A stretch of DNA of 64,000 nucleotides from an archaeon (GCA_041664905.1 JBAYJX010000001.1:3063-67062), one strand, 5' to 3'. Positions 1 to 10,395 are shown, counted from the first letter of the stretch. Notes: generated by a model not told the origin, from the letters alone. Numbers and translations are program-made.

Positions 1-155
1 TATGCAAAAGCGCTAAATTTGTAGGAGAAACAAAATGCAACAAATACTTCAAAGCTTACTCAAAAAGCACTTGGAAAAAATCCAGTGTTTTTTGACTAAA
101 GCAATGAATTAAAAAAGTAAGAGAAAAAGGAATATTTGTAAACGGTGAACAAAAG

Positions 156-1637
156 ATGAAAATTAACATAACTGAACAAACAAAGGAAGTAAAATACGAA
201 AACCCTTTTGAGTTATACAAAAAACTCAGCAATAATGGAAATTACTTGAGTTTACTAATGGAATCAAAATCACCAAACCAAAAATACGAGAGAAAAAGCA
301 TTATTGCCGATTGTGTTGCAATAAAAATAATTGGAAAAGGAGAAGAATTTAGAATAATTGGACTTAACAAAACCGGAGAAGAAATACTTTTACAATTTAA
401 ACAAACAGATTTTAATTATTCAGAAAATTATAAACAAACAAATACAGAGATTACCGGAATTGTAAGAAAACAAGAAAATGATGAACTTAGTGAAGAAGAT
501 AATACAAAACTACAAAATATTTCAACAGTAATAAAAACAATACTTGCAAAATTTAACTCAACAAATCCATATGTTGGACTTTATGGAGTATTTGCTTATG
601 ATTTTGCAAAAAACTTTTACAAAGTAGAGGAAAGACTAAAAGATGAAGAACACAAGGATTTTGAATTATTTATCCCTGCAAGGATTCATGTTTTGTATGA
701 TGATGAGAAAAGAGCAGAAATAATCGAGCTTGGCTTTTGCGGAAAAAACTTTACTGCATGCACTCAAAAAAATGAATTTGAATTTACTAAACAAAAATCC
801 TCCTCTAAAACAGATCTTAGCGACGAAGAATACAAAACTCGCGTTGAGAAAGTAGTGGCAGATATAAAAAACGGAAGAGCAATGCAATGCGTATTATCAA
901 GAAACACCACTATCGCATTAGAAAAACACCCGTTTGAATCCTATACAAATTTAAGAGAAACAAACCCTGCACCATATTCATTTTATTACAACTTAGGAGA
1001 AAATGAAATATTATATGGAGCTTCTCCAGAAATGCATATTAGAATAGATGACACTTCTGGCGGAAAAGAAATACAAATAAGACCAATAGCAGGAACAATA
1101 ATGCGCTCAACTAATCCCTTAGAAGATGCAGAAGCTAGAAGAAAATTAATGACTGATGAAAAAGAACTAAGAGAACACACAATGCTAGTTGATCTTGCAC
1201 GACACGAACTATACAAACTCTGTGAAATAAAAAGCGTAGAAGTAACTGATTTATTTACACTAGAACAATACCCAAATCTTTATCACTTGGTTTCTGGAGT
1301 TAGAGGAATACTAAAAAGAGATATGACCGCGATTGATGCACTACTAATAACTCTCCCCGCAGGCACTTTAAGCGGAGCCCCAAAAAAAGAGGCGATGAAA
1401 ATGATAGAACAATATGAAGCCTCAAGACGCGGATTTTATGGAGGGGCAAGCGGATTTATTTCATTCAATGGAACATGCAACACAGGAATAACTATTAGAT
1501 CAGTTCATGTAAGAAACAATTGTTCAGAAGTAAGAGGCGGAGCAGGGATAGTTGCGCTCTCAACCCCAGAAGCTGAATTAAATGAAATAAAACTAAAAAC
1601 AGCAAAAATGATGAGCGTTTTAGGTGAGAAAAAATGA
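156..1637 (+). CDS. trpE: anthranilate synthase component I (chorismate-binding; TrpE/PabB family)
   Basis: 493 aa. C-terminal chorismate-binding motifs (LVDLARHELYKL, GAPKKEAMKMIEQYEASRRGFYGG) are visible. The TGA stop overlaps the ATG of the next gene. Confidence 0.85.
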   Translation: MKINITEQTKEVKYENPFELYKKLSNNGNYLSLLMESKSPNQKYERKSIIADCVAIKIIGKGEEFRIIGLNKTGEEILLQFKQTDFNYSENYKQTNTEITGIVRKQENDELSEEDNTKLQNISTVIKTILAKFNSTNPYVGLYGVFAYDFAKNFYKVEERLKDEEHKDFELFIPARIHVLYDDEKRAEIIELGFCGKNFTACTQKNEFEFTKQKSSSKTDLSDEEYKTRVEKVVADIKNGRAMQCVLSRNTTIALEKHPFESYTNLRETNPAPYSFYYNLGENEILYGASPEMHIRIDDTSGGKEIQIRPIAGTIMRSTNPLEDAEARRKLMTDEKELREHTMLVDLARHELYKLCEIKSVEVTDLFTLEQYPNLYHLVSGVRGILKRDMTAIDALLITLPAGTLSGAPKKEAMKMIEQYEASRRGFYGGASGFISFNGTCNTGITIRSVHVRNNCSEVRGGAGIVALSTPEAELNEIKLKTAKMMSVLGEKK

Positions 1638-2203
1638 AAATAGTATTCATAGACAACTTTGATTCATTTGCAGACACAATCAAAGCATACTTCATTAATG
1701 CAGGAGCAGAAGTAAAAATGTATAATAGTAACTGCTCAATAAGCACAATTGAAAAAGAAAAACCTAATATGATACTACTTGGACCAGGACCGAATGGACC
1801 AAGAGAAGCAGGAAATTACTTGAAAGTAATAGAACACTTTCACAAAACAACACCAATATTTGGAATATGCCTTGGTTTTCAAGCAATAATGGAATATTTT
1901 GGGGAAACTGTAAAACCACTAAAAGAAGTAATGCACGGACAGGCATGCGAAGTAGAGCATGACGGAAAAACTATATTTAATGGAATAAAACCAAAGCAAA
2001 AATTTGCAAGATACAATTCACTCGGAGTACTAAAAGTACCAGAATCATTTGAGGTATCTGCTAGGGCAGGAGAAATAGTTATGGCTGCAAGACACAAAAC
2101 ACTTAAAATCGAAGGAGTACAATTTCATCCAGAATCAATACTCTCAATGCATGATGAAGCTGGAAAAAAACTTATTGAAAATATAGTAAGGGGATTAAAA
2201 TGA
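1634..2203 (+). CDS. trpG: anthranilate synthase component II, class-I glutamine amidotransferase
   Basis: 189 aa. It has the GATase catalytic Cys motif FGICLGFQ and the GVQFHPES His motif, and is translationally coupled (ATGA) to both neighbours. Confidence 0.85.
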   Translation: MKIVFIDNFDSFADTIKAYFINAGAEVKMYNSNCSISTIEKEKPNMILLGPGPNGPREAGNYLKVIEHFHKTTPIFGICLGFQAIMEYFGETVKPLKEVMHGQACEVEHDGKTIFNGIKPKQKFARYNSLGVLKVPESFEVSARAGEIVMAARHKTLKIEGVQFHPESILSMHDEAGKKLIENIVRGLK

Positions 2204-3213
2204 AAGAAATACTAAAAAAACTAATACGAAAAGAAGACCTTAACGAAACAGATGTTGAGGACATTGTTTCAAACATTGAACAAAATACTTTTGTTCCAAA
2301 CCAACTCGCAGGAATACTTTGCGCACTTGAAACAAAAAAACCCACTCCTAATGAAATTACTTACTTTGTTGAAAAATTAATAAAAAAAGCAGAAACTATT
2401 AACCTTGGCGAAGATTGCATTGATGTATGCGGAACTGGGGGAGATGAAAAAAATACATTTAACATTTCAACCGCAACAATGTTTGTTGCTGCCGGAGCTG
2501 GCGCAAAACTAGCAAAACATGGAAACAAAGCAGTTTCATCAAACAGCGGAAGCTTTGATGTCCTTGAGGCTCTTGGAGTAAATACTCTAAACCTTACAAA
2601 AGATCCTAAGAAAGTTATGAAAAAAACAGGAATTGCTTTTTTATTTGCACAAAAACATCACCCAATATTCAAAAACATAGGCCCCTTGCGAAAAGAATTA
2701 GGGGTAAAAACAATATTCAATCTCCTGGGCCCACTACTAAATCCAAGCCGAGTAAAAAAACAATTAATGGGAGTATTTAATAGTGAATTAACAGAAACGG
2801 TTGCAGAGGTAATGAAAAAAACTGGAGTACAACGCGCAATGGTTGTTAACGGAGAAGGACTTGATGAAATAACAATAACAGGAAAAACAAAAATTACACA
2901 ATTAAATGAGGGAAAAATAACAACTACTTACTTTGATCCAAAAGAATATGGGTTTAATTATGCAAAAATAGAGGAGTTAAGGGCAAACACAAAAGAAGAA
3001 AGTGCAAAAATAATTTTATCAGTTCTAAAAGGAGAAAAATCAGCAAAGAGAAATGTGGTTGTGCTAAATGCTGCAGCAGCACTAATTGTGTCAGGAAAAA
3101 CAATGGATTTTAAAGAAGGAATAAAACTGGCGGAAAAATCAATAGATTCAGGAGCCGCATTAAAAAAACTTGAAGAACTAAAATTAATTACAAACGAAGA
3201 AGCAAAGGTATAA
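2200..3213 (+). CDS. trpD: anthranilate phosphoribosyltransferase
   Basis: 337 aa with the VCGTGGD motif and typical TrpD length, in operon with trpE and trpG. Confidence 0.85.
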   Translation: MKEILKKLIRKEDLNETDVEDIVSNIEQNTFVPNQLAGILCALETKKPTPNEITYFVEKLIKKAETINLGEDCIDVCGTGGDEKNTFNISTATMFVAAGAGAKLAKHGNKAVSSNSGSFDVLEALGVNTLNLTKDPKKVMKKTGIAFLFAQKHHPIFKNIGPLRKELGVKTIFNLLGPLLNPSRVKKQLMGVFNSELTETVAEVMKKTGVQRAMVVNGEGLDEITITGKTKITQLNEGKITTTYFDPKEYGFNYAKIEELRANTKEESAKIILSVLKGEKSAKRNVVVLNAAAALIVSGKTMDFKEGIKLAEKSIDSGAALKKLEELKLITNEEAKV

Positions 3214-3226
3214 AAGAAAACAATGC

Positions 3227-4381
3227 GTGATGATAAGTAAGGATTTGCCAAAATTAATACAAAAAATGTTGATGTTTATGACTGAAAAAAAACCTATTAT
3301 TGATCCATGGGGAAAAGAACTCGTGGAAGATTACAATCGATTGATAAAAGAATTTGGAATGCAACCGTTTGATAATAATATTTTCCCAGAACCGAACTTA
3401 CAAATGCGAAGGGGAGTAAATTTTGGAATACAAGACGGAGAACAAATAGCGACAGCCATTCAAAACAAAAAACCGTTTTATGTACTAAGCGGGATAATGC
3501 CTTCAAGCGAAAAAATACACTTAGGAACTGAAACTGTAATCCAAAATATAAGATACTTTCAAGACCACGGAGCAAAAACATATGTACTTATCGCGGATGT
3601 TGAATCCCAAGCAACAAGAGGAGTTACACTTGAAGAAGGCAGAAAAAGAGCTCTGGAGTTTCACATACCCGCATACATTGCACTTGGACTTGATATTGAT
3701 AAAACAAATTTTTATTTACAAAGCGAAAACAAAGCAGTTTCAAACTTGGCAGTAATTTGCTCACAAAAAATAACTGAAAACGAGTTTAGAGCAATATATG
3801 GTTCAGTTCACCCGGCAAAAGTAATTAGTGCTTTTACTCAAATGGGAGATATACTTTACCCACAACTATCTGAAAAAATGCCAGGAATTATTCCAGTGGG
3901 AATTGATCAAGCGCCACACATTAGAATGGTGAGAGATGTTGCAAGAAGATTAAAGAGCGAATATGGTTTTTTCTTACCAAGTGCAATATACAACAAATAC
4001 ACTTCAGCACTTGATGGTTCATTTAAGATGAGTAAAAGCGGAGAAGCGATTGGAAAACTAGAAATCCCTGAAAAAGATTTGAACTTAATTGAAAAAAAAA
4101 TAAACAAAGCCCTAACAGGCGGTCGACCAACAAGAGAAGAACAAAGAGCCAAAGGCGGAGAAATAACTAAATGCGTTGTATATGAATACTGCAAAAACCA
4201 CTTTATTAAAGACGACAAAGTACTCTCTTTGATGTTTGAAGAATGCGTAAACGGCAAAAACCTTTGCGGAGAATGCAAAGCCAAGTACGGAGTACCTTAC
4301 GCTAAAAACTTTTACGAAGAATTCAACAAAAACTTTGCGAATGCAAAGAAAAATATTGGAAAAATTAAATTTGTAAAATAA
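3227..4381 (+). CDS. trpS: tryptophanyl-tRNA synthetase, archaeal/eukaryotic type
   Basis: It has the class I aaRS KMSKS motif and a degenerate HIGH (HLGT) motif. The N-terminal DPW, DYxxLIxxFG, NKKPFY and IDQAPHIRMVRDVA blocks match eukaryote/archaeal TrpRS. The C-terminal Cys cluster (C-x6-C-x17-C-x6-C-x2-C) resembles the Fe-S/Zn site of archaeal TrpRS. Confidence 0.8.
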   Translation: MMISKDLPKLIQKMLMFMTEKKPIIDPWGKELVEDYNRLIKEFGMQPFDNNIFPEPNLQMRRGVNFGIQDGEQIATAIQNKKPFYVLSGIMPSSEKIHLGTETVIQNIRYFQDHGAKTYVLIADVESQATRGVTLEEGRKRALEFHIPAYIALGLDIDKTNFYLQSENKAVSNLAVICSQKITENEFRAIYGSVHPAKVISAFTQMGDILYPQLSEKMPGIIPVGIDQAPHIRMVRDVARRLKSEYGFFLPSAIYNKYTSALDGSFKMSKSGEAIGKLEIPEKDLNLIEKKINKALTGGRPTREEQRAKGGEITKCVVYEYCKNHFIKDDKVLSLMFEECVNGKNLCGECKAKYGVPYAKNFYEEFNKNFANAKKNIGKIKFVK

Positions 4382-4399
4382 CCCCCTCTGTGAAAGCCC

Positions 4400-5200
4400 A
4401 TGTCTAAAGGAAACCCACAAAATAATAGAACAATAACTACTAATGGGAACATGAGACAAAAAACTCCACAAAGAAAACCTCTTTTCCCAAATCAAACAAA
4501 AAAACCAAATTACTCTGCTCAAAGAGCCCAAAACAAACTAAGAGAAAACTTTGAACGAATGATAAAAAACCCAAATTTTCATATTGATGGAACAAGATTT
4601 GTAAAGGTGGCTGATAAAACTGGGTCAGGAGTAGATTATAGGTTAGGCAAAATAAAGTTTGATTTTAAATTTGGTTTTGGAGAACTAGGAGAAAGAACAA
4701 TCAAAGTCAGAATAGGAAACAAGAATAACCCTTCTGCAAAAAACCAGCTAGTAAACGAAGCCGATTGGATAATGGTAATGCATGAAAATAAAACAATAGA
4801 AATATTTTCAAAAAGTGCACTACAACAATATGTAAGAATGCAATTAGGAACAATAGCAAAAACAAGACAAATGAACCCATCTAAAAATTATGATACTTAT
4901 TCGGTAAAACTTGATGAACTCTATAGAATGCCGGGAGTTAGTAAAATAGTTGTAACTGGGCCAGAAAATTCTTCACCAACAATAAGAACGATGAAAAAAG
5001 CTCTGCGAAAAGTAGTACTACTACATGAAGGAAAATCAATAAAACACCCTAGCGTTGATACAACTTTCTCACTAAAACGAATGGCGGAACTTGAAGCCAG
5101 AAGAAAAGCATTCCTAACTAGACGAGGACAAAACACAACTCAAAAAAATAGATTAACTGGAAACTCAACTCGATTTAATATAAGAAGAGGAAGAAAATAA
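4400..5200 (+). CDS. hypothetical basic protein, paralog of the next gene
   Basis: 266 aa with K/R/Q-rich disordered N- and C-termini. The central block FGFGELGERTIKVRIGN...W.MV...IE.F is shared with ORF 5252..5926. No known domain is recognised. Confidence 0.5.
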   Translation: MSKGNPQNNRTITTNGNMRQKTPQRKPLFPNQTKKPNYSAQRAQNKLRENFERMIKNPNFHIDGTRFVKVADKTGSGVDYRLGKIKFDFKFGFGELGERTIKVRIGNKNNPSAKNQLVNEADWIMVMHENKTIEIFSKSALQQYVRMQLGTIAKTRQMNPSKNYDTYSVKLDELYRMPGVSKIVVTGPENSSPTIRTMKKALRKVVLLHEGKSIKHPSVDTTFSLKRMAELEARRKAFLTRRGQNTTQKNRLTGNSTRFNIRRGRK

Positions 5201-5251
5201 TTACCAAAACAGCATAGCAAAAGAAATATAAATTGAGAAGCTGTATTAGGA

Positions 5252-5926
5252 ATGATGTTTGATCAAACACAAAGAGAATTTTTACCAGAACTTTTTTTTG
5301 AAATAACTCGCGCCAAAAACTGCAGGAAGTACTCATTTAGAAAAAAAATGAATAATGTTGACCCAATTTGTCTTGAACAAAATTACTTAAGAGAATACTT
5401 TAAAAAAATTCTTCCTGAAGAAATAAAAACAGTTGAAGATCCACGCTATGGAGTTGATTATGAATACAAAGGAACAACAATTGACCAAAAATTTTCTTTT
5501 GGAGAACTTGGAAATAATACAATAAAGATACGCGCAGCAAATAGGAAATTATTAAACAAATCTAACTGGACAATGGTTATTAATAAAGACTGCAAAATAG
5601 AACTTTTTGAAACAAAAAAATTGCACTTATTTGTAAAGAAAAACTGGGGACTTGTTCAAAAAAGGTTAGTTGAGAAAAAAAGAGAGTATTACTCCTATGC
5701 CATAAGACTTGATGATCTTTACAAATATGAAAAAGTAACCCCTATTGTTTGCGAGATTGAAAAAGAAAATTTTCAAAAAACTCTTGAAGAAATTTTAATA
5801 CAAACTAACACTCAACTCTTAGAAGAAACACTTGCTAGAAAAGAAACTATACTTAACCCAAGTAGACGAATATGCTTTGAACCTGCACTTGCATTACTCG
5901 CAAAACAACTCTTTAGCAAAAGTTAA
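5252..5926 (+). CDS. hypothetical protein, paralog of the preceding gene
   Basis: 224 aa sharing the FSFGELGNNTIKIRAAN...WTMVINKDCKIELFE block with 4400..5200. Confidence 0.5.
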   Translation: MMFDQTQREFLPELFFEITRAKNCRKYSFRKKMNNVDPICLEQNYLREYFKKILPEEIKTVEDPRYGVDYEYKGTTIDQKFSFGELGNNTIKIRAANRKLLNKSNWTMVINKDCKIELFETKKLHLFVKKNWGLVQKRLVEKKREYYSYAIRLDDLYKYEKVTPIVCEIEKENFQKTLEEILIQTNTQLLEETLARKETILNPSRRICFEPALALLAKQLFSKS

Positions 5927-5950
5927 ATAAACAAACTCTCTAATTTTATC

Positions 5951-6454
5951 ATGAAAAACGCTGTGAGTCTAAGATCTGCCGAAGAAACTGATGCAGAGTT
6001 CTTCTACAACATGATGCAGGAAAAAGATTACCAAAAATATTACTTGCAAAGATTAGTTGCGAAAAGTATTGAAGAAGAAAAACAAAAAATAGAGAAATAT
6101 AAAAAACAAAGCGAGAAAAAAACAAGGTACTACTTTACAATCCTTTTTGACAAACAACCCGCGGGACTAATTGACATTTACAAAATAAGTTTAGAGGATA
6201 AGCGCTGCTCAATTGGATACGGAGTTACAAGCAAGTACTGGAAAAAAGGAATTGCCTCAAAAGCAGTAAAGCTAGCAATTAAATTTGCAAAAAAACAAGG
6301 ATTGCATTCATGCGAAGCCACTGTTGACCCAAAAAATACTGCAAGCAAAAAAGTTTTAGAGAAGAACGGGTTTAAAAAAATAGGGCTAGTAAAAGATTAC
6401 TATTATGAGAATAAAAAATATTGGAATATTGAATTGTATTGGAAAATACTTTAG
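5951..6454 (+). CDS. GNAT family N-acetyltransferase
   Basis: 167 aa with the acetyl-CoA binding motif (GYGVTSKYWKKGIASKAVKLAI ... KNGFKK). Confidence 0.7.
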   Translation: MKNAVSLRSAEETDAEFFYNMMQEKDYQKYYLQRLVAKSIEEEKQKIEKYKKQSEKKTRYYFTILFDKQPAGLIDIYKISLEDKRCSIGYGVTSKYWKKGIASKAVKLAIKFAKKQGLHSCEATVDPKNTASKKVLEKNGFKKIGLVKDYYYENKKYWNIELYWKIL

Positions 6455-7330
6455 GTGAAAGAGATGGAAACACTAAAACTACAAGGTGAACTAATTGAAT
6501 TCACTACAAAAGATGGGGTGACTTTAAACGGATTTATACAAAAATCAAAACCCAACAATAAATCAATTGTGATTCATCAGCACGGGCTTAGCGGAAACTT
6601 TTATTACAGCACACTCGCATTTGATCTTCCGCTTGGACTTACCGGAACCAAATATGATTTCTTTAGCAGTAATAATCGCGGAAGCGGATTAATTACTAGA
6701 TTTAAAACTAAACAAGGAAAGAAAACAATAGGAACAGCTTTTGAGAAATTTGAAGATTGCGTGTTTGATATTGATGCCGCAATAAAAGTAGCACAAGAAA
6801 GAGGATACAAAGAAATAGTACTATCAGGACAAAGTACAGGCTGCCAAAAAATAGCTTATTATCAATCAAAAACCCAAAGCAAAAAAATTAAAGCACTGCT
6901 TCTTCTTGCGCCCGGCGATGATTACAATAGCCAGAAAATGGAATTAGGGAAAAAATTTGTAAAAGTAATAAAACTTGCAAAAAAAATGGTTGCAACCAAA
7001 AAAGGAAATAGTTTCTTACCGCCATTAGGTTACCTATTTACCGCAAAACGCTACCTAAGCAACGCGGGCGAGAAAAGCAATGAAGCACAATTGTTTAATT
7101 ATGCAGGAAAACTCAATCTTTTTTCAAAAATAAAAATTCCAATGCTAGCAATGTTTGGTTCAAAAGAAAAATACTTGGAAAGAACTCCTGCCGAAGCACT
7201 ACAAAAGCTAAGAGAAGTAACTAAATCAAAGAAACTTATTACTGTTGAAGTGGCTGGAGCAAATCACCAGTTCCAAGGGTACGAAGATGAAGCCGTTGAG
7301 AACATAATTGCTTTTTTAAACACCCTTTAA
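6455..7330 (+). CDS. alpha/beta-fold hydrolase
   Basis: 291 aa with the nucleophile elbow LSGQSTGCQ (GxSxG) and a C-terminal AGANHQF His. Confidence 0.6.
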   Translation: MKEMETLKLQGELIEFTTKDGVTLNGFIQKSKPNNKSIVIHQHGLSGNFYYSTLAFDLPLGLTGTKYDFFSSNNRGSGLITRFKTKQGKKTIGTAFEKFEDCVFDIDAAIKVAQERGYKEIVLSGQSTGCQKIAYYQSKTQSKKIKALLLLAPGDDYNSQKMELGKKFVKVIKLAKKMVATKKGNSFLPPLGYLFTAKRYLSNAGEKSNEAQLFNYAGKLNLFSKIKIPMLAMFGSKEKYLERTPAEALQKLREVTKSKKLITVEVAGANHQFQGYEDEAVENIIAFLNTL

Positions 7331-7401
7331 GCAAAATCCAAAATATCTGCAATGCCAGAACTTAAAGTATTAAATACCACTTTAGACCCATTCATAGCAC
7401 T

Positions 7402-7758
7402 ATGAAACACAATAATTCTGCCATGCCAGATTTGTTAGGGCTTAAGGATATAGAAAAAAGTGCCTATGCCTTTGTCTTAGATAATTGGCCTTCTACCCCG
7501 CTTGAAATAGCAGAACAATTCAAAGAAGATCTTTCAAGTCGAGAGAAAAAACGAAGAGCAAGCACCAAGTATGCTTATTATTTGAAAAAATTAATCGAAA
7601 AAAAACTCCTTTTATCAAAAAAAGCAGGTAACAGTATAATTGTTTGGCCAGTAATGGTTGAAAAATACAGAGCAATACATGATATCCTCCAACAACACGA
7701 ACCAGAACACCTAGACATATTATACCACAAACACAAAGAAGGTGAAAGAAATGCTTAA
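7402..7758 (+). CDS. hypothetical small protein (possible winged-helix)
   Basis: 118 aa with no clear motif. It overlaps the next gene by 17 nt. Confidence 0.35.
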   Translation: MKHNNSAMPDLLGLKDIEKSAYAFVLDNWPSTPLEIAEQFKEDLSSREKKRRASTKYAYYLKKLIEKKLLLSKKAGNSIIVWPVMVEKYRAIHDILQQHEPEHLDILYHKHKEGERNA

Positions 7759-8314
7759 CTCATTCTTTGACAAATTCATATTCACTAGCACCCTAAAATA
7801 CACTCACAATAACTTTTACCTACTTGATATCCCATTTGTAATAGCGCCAATAGAATCACTTGTTGGACTTGCAGGAGTACAAGACAATGAATTTTTGAAA
7901 AGAATTTATACAGAAGTTAAAAAAAGCACAAATGAAAAACTAATGAAAGATTTTGGAACAAATTTTGGAATAGAACAAAAAAAAGAACTAGATCTTGTCG
8001 AAACATTCTTTACCGCATCAGGATGGGGACAAATCCAAAACATTGATGTAGAAGCTGATGGCAAAAGAGCAATAATTGTACTTGACAACTCCCCATTTGC
8101 TGCAGAGTTAAAAGGAAAAACACAAGTTGCTGCAGATACATTTTTGCGCGGAGCACTAGCAGGAATATTTTGTAAAATATTTAATGAAGATATTGACTGC
8201 GTAGAAGTAGAATGCGCAGCACTAAACTTTGAAAGATGCAAATTTATAATCAAACCAAAAACAGAGTTTGATTTTACTAACAAAATAGTTCAAGACCAAC
8301 TAAGTCACGAATAA
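7742..8314 (+). CDS. V4R-domain protein (putative small-molecule binding)
   Basis: 190 aa. The C-terminal CVEVECAALNFERCKFII resembles the conserved E-C...C-F signature of V4R (4-vinyl reductase) domains. Confidence 0.45.
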   Translation: MKEMLNSFFDKFIFTSTLKYTHNNFYLLDIPFVIAPIESLVGLAGVQDNEFLKRIYTEVKKSTNEKLMKDFGTNFGIEQKKELDLVETFFTASGWGQIQNIDVEADGKRAIIVLDNSPFAAELKGKTQVAADTFLRGALAGIFCKIFNEDIDCVEVECAALNFERCKFIIKPKTEFDFTNKIVQDQLSHE

Positions 8315-8366
8315 AAAAAAGTGATAGTCCAAATAAATGAATTAATACAAAAACAAATTAAATTTG

Positions 8367-9092
8367 TTAATTAATTCCTTGTTCTGCTTTTAATTTTTCG
8401 TGTATCTCTGCAGAAACTTTAAATGCTATTACAAATAAATCATTCCAAAGCTTTGTCTTTAATTTTTTTGCTTCGCTTTTATCAGGCATTCTCCCGTACA
8501 TCACCTCATAATAATACTTTGTTAAATCATCGCAAAATTTATTGGATTCAGATACAATCTGGTTAATTTCTTTCTTTGAAACCCCAGTTCTTATCTTTTC
8601 AGGTTGACCAATAGTTGCTTGACCCAAATCAAGAACAATTATTTCTCCTTCGGCAGAAACGGCAAAATTTCCCATGTGAGGATGCCAGTGAATTATTTCC
8701 AAAGTAGACATTTTTGCAAAAGTCTCCTGCAAATTTCTTATTATTTTTGCCGGAGACTTTCTAAATATTTTCTTCCCTTCATGAGAAGCTAAACAAGTCC
8801 CTTCTCTTTGAAATAATGCTCTTCCCGTACCAAGTTCCATTAAAACTTTTTCTGCTCTTACACCCCACTTTCCTAAAACAGCCCTTATTCTTTTATTTCT
8901 TGCACTCAAGGGTTTTGTAAAATAATCAGATTCAGCAGCAAGCATTCGTAATGCTGCCCCTTTTAGTCGAGGCGAAAGACCATTTTTGAGCCGAGTCCCT
9001 TCTAAAACAAAAGCTTTTGTTCCACGATGAATATATCCTCTTTTTGATCTCTGGCTGAAACTTACTGTTTTTGGAATCAGAAGTTTCGCCAA
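8367..9092 (-). CDS. protein-kinase-like fold protein (Bud32/Kdo-kinase-like)
   Basis: 241 aa. HWHPHMGNF ... IIVLDLGQ resembles the catalytic-loop and DFG-like region of atypical small kinases. Confidence 0.45.
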   Translation of the reverse strand: MAKLLIPKTVSFSQRSKRGYIHRGTKAFVLEGTRLKNGLSPRLKGAALRMLAAESDYFTKPLSARNKRIRAVLGKWGVRAEKVLMELGTGRALFQREGTCLASHEGKKIFRKSPAKIIRNLQETFAKMSTLEIIHWHPHMGNFAVSAEGEIIVLDLGQATIGQPEKIRTGVSKKEINQIVSESNKFCDDLTKYYYEVMYGRMPDKSEAKKLKTKLWNDLFVIAFKVSAEIHEKLKAEQGIN

Positions 9093-9102
9093 AGTATCAC
9101 AC

Positions 9103-10395
9103 CTAAGCCTTTATTTCAGTTTTGCCATTCATATAAGGCACAAGTGCTTTTGGAATTCTAATTGTACCTTCAGGAGTTTGGTAGTTCTCAATTAATACAC
9201 GAAGAGTTCTTGTTGTTGGAACCATTGTGTTATTTAATGTGTGAACGTACTCTTTTGTTCCATCAGCTTTCTTGTACTTTATGTTAAGTCTTACCGCTTG
9301 ATAAGCAGTACAATTCGAGCAGCTCCCAAGTTCAATATATTTTTGTTCTCTTGGAGACCAACCTTCAAGATCAAACTTCTTTGCCGCAACAACACCCATA
9401 TCGCCAGTACAAACATTAACTACGCGATAAGGTATCTCAAGTTTTTGGAAAAATATTTCCTGATTCTTTGAAATACTATCAAACTCTTTCCAAGAATCCT
9501 CGGGCTTGCACAAAATTACTTGTTCAATCTTATTGAATTGATGAACTCTAAAAAATCCTCTTTCATCAAGACCGTGTTTTCCAATTTCTTTTCTAAAACA
9601 AGGACTCATTCCAGCAAACCTAATTGGAGTATTCAAATCTTTTTCTTCAAAAGTCTCATCCATGTACATTGAAACCATTGGGTGCTCAGATGTTGCAATC
9701 ATATAATGATCCTCACCATCAATTTTGTACATTACACTTTCAAAGTCACCAAGATCTGTTACCCCTGAATACGCTTTCCTATTCATCATCAAAGGAGGCT
9801 GAATTGGAATAAATCCTTTTTCCATTAGTATATCAAGTGCGAGTCTTTGAAGAGCTAAATCAAGTAAAGCTAAGTCACCTTTGAGGTAAAAAAATCCTTC
9901 ACCTGCAATCTTAACCGCCCTATCAAAATCTGCTATCCCTAAACTCTTAACTAATTCACCATGATGCTTTAGTTCAAAAGTTGGTTTAGATGCTTCCCCC
10001 CAATGCTTTATCGGAACATTCTCATCAGAGTCTTTTCCAAAAGGAACACTCTCATGCAACAAATTTGGAATACGCATTATTAATTCTTTATTTGCAAGTT
10101 CGATTTCAGCGAGTCTTGCTTCTGATTTTTTTATTTCATCAGGCAATGCACGCGCTTTCTCCATCAAAGGCTGAATATCCTGCCCCTTTCCCTTAGCCTG
10201 TTTAATTTCTTCAGTAATAGTATTACGTTTAGCACGCAAATCATCAGTTTTTTGCTTTAATTCACGCCACTCTTTATCCTGACTGACCCACGAGTCAAGC
10301 TTAGAAATAATCGAAGGGTCTCTTCGGTTCTCCAAATTCGCTTTAACTACGTCATAGTTTTCCCTAATTATTTTTGGGTCAATCAAATCAATCAC
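9103..10395 (-). CDS. serS: seryl-tRNA synthetase
   Basis: 430 aa with an N-terminal coiled-coil tRNA-binding arm and class II motifs (FRKEIGKHGLDERGFFRVHQFNKIEQV, GSCSNCTAYQARRL). Confidence 0.9.
   Translation of the reverse strand: MIDLIDPKIIRENYDVVKANLENRRDPSIISKLDSWVSQDKEWRELKQKTDDLRAKRNTITEEIKQAKGKGQDIQPLMEKARALPDEIKKSEARLAEIELANKELIMRIPNLLHESVPFGKDSDENVPIKHWGEASKPTFELKHHGELVKSLGIADFDRAVKIAGEGFFYLKGDLALLDLALQRLALDILMEKGFIPIQPPLMMNRKAYSGVTDLGDFESVMYKIDGEDHYMIATSEHPMVSMYMDETFEEKDLNTPIRFAGMSPCFRKEIGKHGLDERGFFRVHQFNKIEQVILCKPEDSWKEFDSISKNQEIFFQKLEIPYRVVNVCTGDMGVVAAKKFDLEGWSPREQKYIELGSCSNCTAYQAVRLNIKYKKADGTKEYVHTLNNTMVPTTRTLRVLIENYQTPEGTIRIPKALVPYMNGKTEIKA

Noticed and set aside
666-1216. 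Minus-strand ORFs 666..887 and 986..1216 inside trpE
   Set aside because: They lie fully antisense within a well-supported anthranilate synthase gene. Their products are low-complexity (S/F/L-rich) with no motifs. They are shadow ORFs typical of AT-rich DNA.
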